This document shows, piece after piece, positions 12,007-23,882 of a stretch of 64,000 nucleotides of DNA (within the stretch, counting starts at the first letter, position 1; each line of letters begins with the position of its first letter). The notes under the pieces are model-generated. The model was not told where the DNA came from. It worked only from the letters and a program-made list of their open reading frames with translations, and did no database searches. The stretch spans positions 28,272,001-28,336,000 of the forward strand of contig JAGIQG010000003.1 of the NCBI GenBank assembly GCA_024679065.1. The letters run 5' to 3'. A program made the position numbers and the translations under genes. The stretch is from Sphyrna mokarran (Eukaryota).

Positions 12007-12462
12007 GCCTGATTTTACCATCATTTTGGTCCATTTTTGGGCATGAAAGCTTGGTAAATTCGGGTGTGAGGTGAGTAGCACAATCTGTGCCTACCTCCGC
12101 ACCAGTTCCCCCTTTCCAAAAGGCCATAAATAATAGTGATTGGAACCATGGCTGAAACAGACGTGATGACCATTTAAATGCATCTGCAATGTCTGTAGGG
12201 GTTAGGTGAGACAATATTTGGCTTGGGAGCGATGTGGCAAAGGAACTGCATTCTATCATTTTTTTCCCTGAGCGTGTGCAGTTGGAGGCACCGATCTGAG
12301 CTGCAGGATTTTGGGCATGTTAAGCCCCACCCACAGGCTTCTAGAATGCAATTCAGATATTTTGTATGGAGATGCCTGTGAACGGGTCTAAAAGTCGGAT
12401 CTGAAACACTCCCAGTTTCAAGTCCGCCCAACACTTAGAATCAAAATGGTAAAATATGGCCC
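12007..12462. mobile_element. MITE
   Basis: TIR gcctgattttaccat ... atggtaaaatatggccc. Confidence 0.7.
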
Positions 12463-13349
12463 GTTATTACTTAAGTTAAATCCATGTAATAGCATTAATT
12501 CCTGCCATGGTGCAATCTAGCCTTCTCAATATTCTATGCATCTTGATATTCTTCCATAACATTTTCTCCTAGTTCCCATACTTTAAACAAGTTAATTAAA
12601 ACCCTGACCAATGGCACATGCAAATTGCCCCACAGGGAAATCAGTCTCAGCTCTGTTTAGCTGCGACCTATCCAGTATGTATTGGTTCTATCTCTCCCAG
12701 AACTTATCCCGAAATCCCAAGAATCTAAAGCCCTTCCTCCTGCACCATCTTTCCAGCCTCACATTTATCTGCTCCAACTTCTTACTTTCTATACTTATTT
12801 GTGGTCTGGGGAATAATCTGGAAATTCCTACTTTTAGGTCCTGCTTATTAATTTCCTACCCTAGTTCCCTAAATTCTGATTGCAGAGCCACATTCCTTGT
12901 TCTAATTAAGTTGTTGACTCTGATATGGACCACAACTGTTGGCAGTTTACCCTTCCCATTGTGCTCTGCAGCTGTTCAGTGACATCTTTGACCCTAGCAT
13001 CAGGAAAGCAACATAAAATTCTTGGACCCACATCTGCAGCTGCACTCTCTAGCCATGTATTCTCCTATCACCATTGATCTCCCAGTTTTCTTTGTGCCGC
13101 ATGTACAGCTGAACCTCACAGGATTTGTTCTTAAAAGAATGTTGAGCATTAAGCATTGGTGCAGTTATTGGGTTTCATACCAGTCCCCAAATTGTTGATG
13201 GAGGCTTGGATAAAGAAATTATGTATATGACTTTACGTGACAGTTTTATAACTGCAATCCACCATGGGAACTCCTTGCATGAAACACAGACAATTATCGT
13301 GCCTCACTAAAACCTTCAGTTAAATAATGCCTCACACACCTCAGGAAAG

Positions 13350-13650
13350 CATTACAGGCTTTTGAAATATAGTCACTGTTGTAATGTAGGAATTGCTGTA
13401 GTCAATTTGCATGCAACAAGTTCTAACAAACAGCAATGTAATAGTGGTCAGATCAATTGTTTCGTTTGAGGGATAAGTATTGACCAGGACACCAGGGTTG
13501 GCTCCTTGTTTTTCCTCAAATTAATATTCTAGGATCTTTTGTATCCACCTGACAGAACAGATGGAACAACTGATTGCACAGCCATACAGCACTCAAGTGT
13601 CAGCATAGATTTTTATGCTCAAGTCTTCTGGAATGGGATCACTATCCTCA
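13350..13650 (-). mobile_element. Deu-domain SINE (SacSINE1/AmnSINE1-like)
   Basis: ttgagggataagtattgaccaggacacc...ggatcttttgtatccacctga is the reverse complement of the Deu core. Confidence 0.7.
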
Positions 13651-14039
13651 ACCAACATTCATGTGACAAAACTTCTGACATTTAAAATTCACCAGACAAC
13701 TCTGGAATGCATGTTTTTAAGACCATCTAAAAAAATTGAATACTAAAAATGTTGTTGGTCAGAAATCAAGCGTGTACCAGATGGTAAGTGTGCAAAAACA
13801 ATTTTAACTGTGTAGTCTCCTAAAATTCAACTCAATAACATTTCTTTATTTCAGGGACCAGTTCAGCTCACCTGTCATTTGTGACTTTTGGCTCTTGCTG
13901 ATCTCTTAAGCTGGACCAATAGCAATGTTTTCAAACAGCAGTTGACTTTAAGAACTTCCTCTCTTTTGACTCTCTGTACCTTTAGTTAATTAAATTCCAG
14001 CATTCATAGAAGGTGGGGGGAGGGAAGCAACATGCTATA

Positions 14040-14153
14040 TATACAGATGCTGAAAATCTAAATTAAAAGTAAACAATGCTGGGAATACTCAACTTGTCTG
14101 GCAGCATCTGTGGAGAGAGAAACAGTTAACATTTCAAGTTTGTGACTTTTCAA
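14040..14153 (-). mobile_element. Penelope-like pLTR remnant (second family)
   Basis: cagatgctgaaaatct...tctggcagcatctgtggagagagaaacagttaacatttc. Confidence 0.7.
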
Positions 14154-15165
14154 CTGTGCAGGGAATCAAAGTCAATTATTATTATGAGCTTCCCTTGCTG
14201 AATGCACTGGAATCACTCCCTCACTCCCTTGCACATGAGATCTTAACACCTTTTTGTTACCAGCCCTGTAGTTTCTTCAGAACACCAAGTATAGTTCTTG
14301 AAAACCACAGCACATTTGTACAATTGTTTCAGCAGAGATTTGTTTCTGCAGCTCATGTTATTTAGATTTAAAAGAGACCAACTATTCTAAGAAATGAGGT
14401 CTAACTAAATGCAATGGGCATTCCTAGGACAGAATAATTCTACTCAATACTAATTCAGTAACGAAAATTCATGTAGTTTAAACTTTTGAAGATTGTTCAG
14501 AATTCAAACAGTAATCCACACCTCTACTGTACTTACATTTTTATTACATACTCTATGCCATCACCTTAAGTCATGCAAAGTTATTGAATCAATAATTTCA
14601 ATTTTTTTCTAAATGTTATCGCTTGTGTAATCTTAGAGGACCAGGAAAATATGATAGATTTTAGAGAACTTGAGTTTTTCATCACAAAATGCATTTTATA
14701 TTATTTGAATTTTTAAATCACATCCCAGGGCCAAGAAGAAAAAAAATCCTGTAAAAGTTTGATGGACATTTATCAGTTGGTGTTCTGTAATCTGCTCAGA
14801 AACTTGACTACAAGGTTCTTAATTTTATTTCAATATAATTTTTTTTACTTGCAAATGCCTACAAATGTTAATATATGTATATTTTCTAGAGTTCGTGTGA
14901 GATAAAATTACTATTAACCCGCAGAGATTTCCAACCAAACGCACTGCTCAATTTCAGATTGTCTGCATATTTGGCCTGCAGTTAGCTTGAAATTTTCCGA
15001 TGCAAATTGGGACAGGAAGACTCAACTGGAAGGACGCAAAAATGCTGGGGCACAGTGATCTTTGCAGTCAGCAGTGATCATTCTGACGTTACAGCTGACA
15101 AAGGACTCAGTAAGATTTGTGAAGTTGAAAAAGGCAGATGCCCCTTGAAGTCCCATGAAGATCAT

Positions 15166-17025
15166 GCCCATAATTCTCCCAAATCAGGTCTATAAGGGTA
15201 AGACTTCACAGCTTCGCTCATCCGGAAACTGTAAAATCCCACCCGAGGTCAACGGACCATTCCATTGTCTGCCCTCCACCCCACCCCCACCCCCCCACCC
15301 CCAACCTGCTCCAATTTCCCTGGCAGGTGGGGCAGTAAAATTCCAGCCTAAATGTCCACACCGGTGGTAAAGCGGGCGTGTTTTCCGCTGCACCAGACCA
15401 TCCTTTTAAATGCAGCCCCATTCTGTGCTTTGAGACTGCCCCCTCTGCCCCCAAAAAATGAAATAATGGCCACTCCACTGAGCAGAAGAGAACCACCAAT
15501 CCCTCACAAATCAGTGGGGCATCCTCCTCCCCTCCTACAGATAAAGGGTCACTGTGTCCCCACATCATGCAGGCATGAGGGTGACCAGACCAGACTCCTC
15601 CCTCTCTGACGCCCCTCAGCTCTCTGTCTCACCCAAAACATCCCTCACTCAGCCCTCCTTCCCTCCCAGATCCTGCACATAGCCCACTTCCCTCGCAGAC
15701 GTCCCATTCAGTTCCTTCCCCACTCAGCCCCCTAACCCCTTAGACTTCCCATACAGCCTCCCTTTGAAATGGTTCGCCAAAGAGGAAGTGAAACCACAGG
15801 CTGTCAATCAGACTGAGACTCTGTCAACATTGTGGTCAGAATCAATGGGGACTTGAGATGCATTCTACCATGAAGGGAAATACAAATAAATGCAGGTGGC
15901 TTGAGAATGATAGCAATCCCATTGGGCTGCTAATTGAATTTTTTATGAAGCACAGCAGGTTGAATTTGTTAAAGATCAAAGATTTCATGTGCAATGGACA
16001 GGGTTTCAAATATTGCTGCTTGCTGCGAAGCCTTAACAACTTCAGATCAAAACTGGTGCTCAGTGCACAGCTATGCAGAGTGGAACTGCCCTTTCCACCC
16101 TCTTTCCCCCAGCCCAATCAGGTGAAATTGACATCTCTCTATTAGAGGACTTCAGAAGAGTCTGTTCACACGTGCAGCTTCTGACAGGGAGAAAGGAAAA
16201 TTTCTGCTGCAAAATGGAATGCTGCAATAATTTAAAATCCTGCCAGTTGACAGGGAGCATGGAGATTAAAGTGATCTGGCAACTTCAGAATTTTCACAGC
16301 TGACAGACAGGAATGCAGAAGTTGAGTACAGGGCTGCCTGAAATCATCATGCCACAAATGATTTTCAGGGCTGCCAGAGCTAGCCTGGTAACTTCAACTA
16401 ACACACCCCCGTCCAGGCAGAGAGTGGTGAAGTCAGACTCTTGTGGGAACCTTCCTCTGCAGCCTGGCAGCAGTAGAGGGGCAAATGGTCACTGGAACTA
16501 CCTGCTTGAGATCCCTTGAGGATCAGAGTGCCAGGCCAAGATGTGTGTGCCAGGGTGCTGAGGTGCACTGTTGGCATTACCAAGGTACATGGCCTAAAGA
16601 GAGGCTAAGTGAGTCTCTGAGGGAAAAGGGAGGCTGAATGGGCATTGAGTTGATAAATCTCATGCCTGCAAAGTGTGTTGGGGGAAGAATGCCTCTCATT
16701 TCTGAGGGTTTGCTCGTACTTCCTTGATGTTCAGTGTCCAATACACCAATTTCTCATTTGTGACAGCTCATTGCAGATCCTGCTGGGGTTGCGGGTGAAT
16801 AGTGAGAGGTATTTAAATTGGGCTTCAAGCCCACGATTTATATGTTGACTGGCCAATTTGAATATTTATCACATTCCTGCCCACTATGGGCAAGAACCAG
16901 ATTGGAGCAAGTGAAACAGCTGGTAGCATGGCAATAGCGCCAAACCTGTTTTTGCACTGACATTTTGTTCTCCAGACCCTCTCAATTTTCAGTAGGAGCT
17001 AGCAGGGCTGGAGAATCAATCCCCC
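15166..17025. mobile_element. Old Harbinger-type non-autonomous element, possibly composite
   Basis: Ends cataattctccc and ggagaatcaatccccc; C-rich internal tracts as in other family members. Confidence 0.45.
15196..15348. mobile_element. Short MITE with TAA TSD
   Basis: TAA at 15193-15195 and 15349-15351; right TIR gtaaaattccagcc; homologous to 18922-19078. Confidence 0.8.
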
Positions 17026-17201
17026 ATGTCTATGGTGGCTCGCAAAGCAAAGGAAGACCACACTATAACTCTGAAAGAAGCTCTTCAATCACTGGGAGGA
17101 AACAGTTAAGGAGGATCCTTATAATAATCTTAGCTGCAGCAGAAAGGAGAGAGACTCTTCTCTAGTTACTGCAATTGGACTTGTCTCCTTTCTTGAATGT
17201 A

Positions 17202-17316
17202 GGCTGAGATTTTCTGGCAGGAACCACTACAGATGCAATGGGCCAGTGAAAGGTCCATTAACATAGAGCGGGACCAGAAAATCCTGTTTTCTGGGGTGGG
17301 GCTGGAATATTCCAGA
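17202..17316. mobile_element. Short MITE
   Basis: ggctgagattttctggc ... gctggaatattccagac. Confidence 0.55.
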
Positions 17317-18921
17317 CATAACCACAAGAAATTCTAAAGGACTTGTTTTCGAAGGATATGTTAAGATGACATGGAACAACTGAACTCAAACATTGTGCCT
17401 AGTATACTTTAAGAACATTTAAGAAAGTCTTATGCTGAGTTATTTAATTGACTCCTCCAATTCTGAGACTTATCTTTTCTGAAAACTGTAAATTTTTTTT
17501 GAACTGTCTCATCCTAAAATGCTCTATTTACTGTTCCTTTTGCACTTATAATCTATTCACGCAACTAAAATTGGCACTAATGTAACTAACATTAAGAATA
17601 AAATCTAATGCAAGCCTCTGAAAGTTGATGTTGTGATGGAAAACCTATCCCAAGCTCACACTTCCAACAGGATTGTTTCGACCATTTTATCACAGGCAGC
17701 TTCTTAATCAGCTGCTTGTGAGCCTGCCATCTAATTACAAATATTGGACTGGCTCAATCAAAAGACTGGCTCTGAAGCTTGGGCAGCATCCCCTAGAGAG
17801 GCGGATGTTGCTGAGGCAGGTGGGAGGCTTTGGGGTGCCTCCAAGTAAGTATCTGAAAAATAAAAAATCAAGAGCCAAGGGTTAGCGAGTAAATACCTTC
17901 AGAGACCAAGGGGTTGTGTTTCTTGCCCGCCACCTCTCTTTCTGCCATGGAGGCTCTGGCTATGGAAGCTCTGGCTCTAATTGGGCACTGGGAATGCATC
18001 AGGAATGAAACTTTCATTTAGCTGGCAGCCTTCCCTCCATTGGAAAAATGCCCACAGCTCTGTAAAATAGTTCTTAAAAAGGGCTTTTAAGTGTGTCTTT
18101 TCTGCTTGACTATAAATTCTGCCTATTTGCCTTACAGCTTGCCACTAGAATACTTCCATAGTGGCTGGATTGCAAGGGGATGCTGTTCAGATATGGCTCC
18201 CCACTATCCTATCAGTACCTCCATCTCAGAGCCCACCATCCAGTAAAATCCTGTCCTAATTTTCATGGATAGAATAAGGGCTATCATAAAGTATTGTTCA
18301 TTTTTACAAAGGTGCTAGAGTAAATCAGGTTCTCGTTTATATTATCTACAACTTTGAATTCAATTTATAATCAATCTTACCTTGACTATTTGTTGTATAT
18401 TGTAACTGGATGTTAACTTGTGGGGATTCTGCTGATTCAGATGGATTTCAAAAAGCACATAATAATAGCAAGACAATTTTGATGGATTTCTAGCATGTTT
18501 AATGAACACACTGTCCTTTCATGTGTGCGAGCGGGGTTTGCAACACAGGATAAAATTAAAACTGGGACTGGGATTGGCACTGGGACTAATATCCTGGACA
18601 ATCATAAGTAGGGCCATAAACAGGGCTTGAAACTAACAGAGGGTGCAGAAGGGTTCTGCAGAAGGGAGATTTAGAAATTCAAAGAGATATGTTGAGGTAT
18701 CAGAATAGTGTATTGATGTGGATAAAGACAAGCAGAGTGGATCAAGATGGACAGAGTTTAACAAAAGGTGTACATCAGCAAGTGAGGTTATTGTAGTGAA
18801 TATACATTTAAAAAAAAGAAATGAAATGTCCTTCATGTACAAATTATTGCAATAAGATAGACGAGCTACTGACGTAAATAAAAGTAAATAATTTTGATGT
18901 AATCATCATTACAGAGACATG

Positions 18922-19332
18922 GCACTGAATTTTACAGCTTCACTCATCTTGAAACTGTAAAATCTCACCCAAAGTCAAAGTCAACAGATCTTTCCATTAT
19001 CTGTTCCTCTCCCTGCATCCGCGCTCCCCCCCCCCCACCTCTGTTTCCGGTGGCAGGTGGGGCAGTAAAATTCCAACCATGGCCTGGGTTTTTTTTGGGG
19101 AGGGAGGAGGGGGGGTGGTGATGAAAGGTGGTGGGGGGGGAGGCGCCAAATTCTCTGCCTATTCATCCTGCTGGCACTGTAACGCCTCCCACAGGTTTCG
19201 TAGTAGCATGGGGTGACATGAATGAAAAATCCCATTGACAGTGGTGGGACCAGAGAATCCGGCCACCAGTGAACAGTGCCTCATCTCCCACCTCCTAAGA
19301 AACACATGGCTGGGAGATTAGAGAACTCTCCC
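18922..19332. mobile_element. Stack of adjacent short MITEs
   Basis: 18922-19078 is flanked by ATG with TIR gaattttac/gtaaaattc; further units run to gagaactctccc and interrupt the CR1 acagagacatgg motif. Confidence 0.75.
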
Positions 19333-20284
19333 TGTGGTCACAAGGTGATCAAGGTTAGAAATTGTTCCAGGATACACAATATTTTGGACAGAATGGCAAA
19401 GGAAATGGATTAGCCCTGATAGTAAATGGTAACATAAGGACAATAATGAGAAAAGATCTGCCGTCTGAAGATCATGAAGTAGAATTGGAATGGGTGGAAA
19501 TTAGAAATAGCTAGATTCAGAAAACAATGGTGGGAATTGTTTATAGGACACCCCCCCCCCCCCCGCCACCATATTGGACAGAGCAGTAAAGAAAAGAAGT
19601 TATAGGAGTTTGTAGCAAAGGGAATGTAATAGTTGTGGGGGAGTTTAATCTTCATTAGATTTGGACACTCAAATTAGGGAGAATGATTTAGAAGATGATT
19701 TTGTGGAACGTGTTTGTGATAGTTTCTTGGAGCAGTGCATAATGGAACCAACTAGGGATAAAGCTGCCTTAGATCTAGTGTAATCTAATGAAACAGGGAT
19801 AATTAGTAATCTCATAGTAAAAGATCCACAGGGAAATAGTGACCATAATACCATTCAATTCCATGTTAAGTTTGAAAGTAACATATGCCAATCTTCATAG
19901 TAGGAATCACACAGTGCCCACTAGAAATAGACAATGACTTAGGATCTAACAAGAGTGACGACATTTGGGAAATTAATATCAGCAGAGACAAAATTTTGGA
20001 GAATCTTAAGTGATTAAAATCCAACAAATCCCCAAGACTTGATGGCACACTTGGGTTCTGAAAGAGATAACTGCAATTATAGTGCATGTCCTATGATTTT
20101 CCAAAATGCTTTAGATTCAAGAATGTTGCCACTCAATTGGAAATTGGCAAATGTTACACCACTTTTCAAGAAAGTAGGGAGAGGAAAAGAAGTGAACCAC
20201 AGTCCAATGAGCGGAACATCAGTGGTTGGGAAAATGCTGGAATCTATTATTAGGGAAGCATTAAAATGCACTTAGAAGTACATG

Positions 20285-20419
20285 GGCTGGAATTCTCCAG
20301 CTGTTCATGCCAATGGGATGTTTTGGTTCCACTGCAGTGAACGGAGATTTGGCTGAGCATTAAATTCTTCCTCCTCGCTTGCAGTGGTGGCGAATGTGAA
20401 TGGCTGAAGAATTACAGCT
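20285..20419. mobile_element. Short MITE with ATG TSD
   Basis: ggctggaattctcc ... gaagaattacagct; ATG at 20282-20284 and 20420-20422. Confidence 0.8.
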
Positions 20420-20616
20420 ATGGTTTGATTTACAAAGTGCTGCATAAAAGGTTAATAGGCAAAATAAGGGTTCATGGAGTTGGCAATAGTATATTGTGCG
20501 GATGGAAGATTTCTAAATGAATAGAAAACAGAGAGTGGACATAAATGGAGCCTTTTCAAGTTGGTAGGCAGTGAATAGTTGAGTAAAGCAAGGATCAGTG
20601 CTAGAATCTCAGTTAT

Positions 20617-22565
20617 TTTTTGATTTAATTTATTATTATCACACGTATTTGTGTATAATGAAAGGCATTGTTTCTTGCACACTATATAGACAAAACATAC
20701 CATTCATAGAGAAGGAAAGGAGAGAGTGCAGAATATAGTGTTACAATCATAGCTAGGGTGTAGAGAAAGATTGACTTATTGTGAGATACATCCATCCAAA
20801 AGTCTGTTGGCAGCAAAGAGGAAGCTGTTCTTGAGTCGATTGGTACATTATCTCAGATTTTTGTGTCTTTTCCCAATGGAAGAAGGTGGAAGAGAATATG
20901 TCCAGAATGCGAGGGGTTGATTATGCTGGCTGCTTTTCTGAGGCAGTGGGAAGTGTAAACAGAACGAATGGGTGGGAGCTGGTTTGAATGATGGACTGGG
21001 TTTCATTCATGATGCTTTGTAATTTCTTGCGGTCTTGGACAGAACAGAAGCCATATCAAGCTATGATACAAATAGAAAGAATGCTTTCTATTGTATATCT
21101 GTAAAAGTTGGTGAGAATTATTGTGGACATATCAAGTTTTCTTCACCTTCTGAGAAAGTAGAGGCGTTGGTGGGCTCTTTGAAATATTGTGTCAGCATGA
21201 GGATACCAGGTCAGTTTGTTGATGATCAGGCCACCTAAAAACTTGAAGCTGTTGGCCATTTCTATTTCACCCCATTGATGTAGACTGGGGCATGTTTACC
21301 TTTACACTTCCTGAAGTTAATGACTATCTCCTTTGTTTTGTTGACATTGAAGGAGAGATTATTGTCATTTCACCAATTGACCAGATTCTCTATCTCTTTC
21401 CTGTATTTCATCTCATCATTGTTTGAGATTGACACACTATGATGGTGCCATCAGCCAACATGGAAATCGAGTTGGAGGGGAATTTGGCCACACTCCTTGG
21501 CGTATAAAGAGTATAGCAGGGGGCTGAGGACACAACTTTGTGGGCACCGGTGCTGAAGATGACCATGAAGGAGGTGTTGTTGCCTATCTTTACTGATTGC
21601 AGTCTGTGGGTTAGGAAGTTCAGGATCCAATCGTAGGGCAAGAGGCCAAGGCCTGTTCTGTGCTGTAATGTTCTATGTTCTATGTTCTATGAGTTATGTA
21701 GGAATAATGGTGTTGAATGCTGGGCTGTAGTTGATCATTGGGAGTATGAAATCGGTTCTTTGGTATCTAGATGATCCAGGGTTGAGTGCAAGCCAGGGAG
21801 ATGGCATCTGCTGTGGACCTGCTGCAGCTGTAGGCGAACTGTAGTGGATACAGACAATCTGGAGGCTAGAATTGATTAGTGCAATGACTACCCCTTCGTG
21901 ATGATAGGTGTCAGAGTCACCGGACGATAGTCATTAAGGCACGCTGCTTGGCTTTTCTTTTGTAGCAGGATGATGGTTGTCTTCTTGAAGCAAATAGGAA
22001 CCTCAGATTGATATAAAGAAAGGTTGAAGATGTCTGCGAGTACCCATGCTAACTGATCTGCGCAGGATCTGAGTGCCTGTGGGGTACTCCATCCGGGCCA
22101 GGCACTTTCCATTGATTGACCTTCAAGAAGGCAGCTGTGACATCTGCAGTGATGACCTTGGATGCAGGTTCATCCAAGGCTTCCTGAGTGGAGGGCATGG
22201 TCTCGCTGACTTCTTGCTCAAAACGGGCATAGAATGCATTAGCTCATCAGGGAGGAGTGCGTGGTGCCAGCAATTTTACATGCCTTCATCTTGTAGCCTG
22301 TTATGTCCTGCAGACCTTGCCCTGGTCAGCAGGGGTCGGTGTAGTTTGTCTGGGACTGTAGCTTGGTCCAGTATATGGCATTTTTGATGGATCTCCTTAG
22401 ATCATATCTGGTTTTCTTGTACAATCAGGGTCACTTGACTTAAATGCCTCAGACCTAGACTTCAACAAGTAGTGAATATCCCTGTTCATCTATGGTTTCT
22501 GGTTGGGAAACACATGGATTTGTCTCTTTGGAACACAGCCTTCACAATTACTAATGAAGTCAGTT
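20617..22565 (-). mobile_element. Rex1/Babar LINE, 5'-truncated and decayed
   Basis: LRSCADQLAWVLADIFNLSL...CLNDYRPVTLTPII; DWILNFLTHRLQSVKIG; same 3' tail as 8203-8542. Confidence 0.92.
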
Positions 22566-23283
22566 ATTTACAATCTATATCAATGATATATATATTATTA
22601 AGAACACAGAAACTGTAAAGGGATATAGACAATTTAGGTGATACAACTTTGGACATAAGGTTAAAAGAGCAGAATATTTTTAAATACTTTAAAAGGTGAG
22701 AAACTTATACGTGCTAATGTTTAAAGAGACTTGAATGTGCTGAAACAGAAAGTTAACATGTTGGTGCAGCAAGCAACACAAATAACACATGGCCTTTATA
22801 ATAAGGGGCTTGAAGTACAAGAATAAATAAATCTTGCTACAGTTGTACGGAGTTTTGGTGACACTGCACGTGGAATACTGTGTACAGTTTTATTCTCAAT
22901 GTTTATGAAAGGATGTACTTGCTTTGCAAGGCATTACAGTGGAAGATAAATAAATTGGTCCTTGGGATAAATGGGAGGTGTCCTATGATGTGAGGCTGAA
23001 TGAATTGGGCTATATTCTCTGGAATTTGGAAGAATGAGAAGTGATCTCATTGAAACCCTATTAAATTCTGAAGGGGCTTGATAGGTTGGCTGCTGAGAGA
23101 TTATCCCCATTGGTTGGCACAGTCTCAGGGGTAAATCATTTACGACTCAGATGAGGAAAGATTTCTTCACTCAAAGGATTATAAATCATTGGAATGCTTT
23201 ACCCCAGCAGGTTGTGGATGGTCCATCATTGAATTTTTGCTCTATCCAAATGAAAGGATATGAGGGGTGGGCAAGAATATGGA

Positions 23284-23882
23284 TGGGAGATTCTCCCCAA
23301 AAAAAGAACTGAGCCCAACAGGCAGGAAAATGGGAGTATTTCCTGCCCATTTTTTTGAGTGTACTCACCAGAACAAATCTCTGACGCTCTGAGCAATGCA
23401 CAGTGCCTCAGCATGATTCTCTCTGGTAGGAGATGCTCACAGTCTCTCTTCACACTCCAAGTGCAGAGTGGCAGTAGGTCTCTCCCCCAAGCAGATCATC
23501 CCCCTATTGGTACTCCCTCCAGAAAGGGTAAGGCCCACCCTTATCATCTATTACCTGGGAGGAGCTTCAGTGGTCTCTGTCCACTGGTTGAGGACGTCTG
23601 TTTCCTGTCAGTGGGAGCAGTCGTAAACCCTGCTGAAAGAAATCACTCACGGCGTTGGGGGAAAAGATGCTACTGGACCCAGAAAATATTGTCCCAGGCC
23701 CACAAATCATATGAAATTGGAGATTTCCATTTGATAACAGAGCTGATTGCGCTTAAAGAAAGCACTTACGAGACTCATGACCAGCATAATCTTGGTTGCG
23801 AACCTCGCTAAAGGCTCCCTGCTGGTGTTTCCTGATCCACTCTTCTCCTCGAGCGTTGCAGTGGGCTGGGAGAATCCTGGCC
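23284..23882. mobile_element. Harbinger-type MITE within the CR1 3' end
   Basis: gggagattctccc ... gggagaatcctggcc. Confidence 0.75.

Larger units (their letters stand above)
10540..13110 (-). mobile_element. Old CR1 (ORF1 to endonuclease region) hosting nested insertions
   Basis: Reverse-complement similarity to the CR1 5' copy at 3300-4100; attaaagtcttgcattataactact corresponds to a VVIM-DFN-like motif. Confidence 0.7.

Noticed and set aside
13840-13905. Splice-acceptor-like site (also ~32015, ~59100, and a donor at 58795) as host exons
   Set aside because: No paired donor or recognisable coding frame; such motifs occur by chance. Small or non-coding exons cannot be excluded without RNA-seq.
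15842-16303. Cluster of overlapping short ORFs
   Set aside because: No recognisable domain; lengths are compatible with chance.
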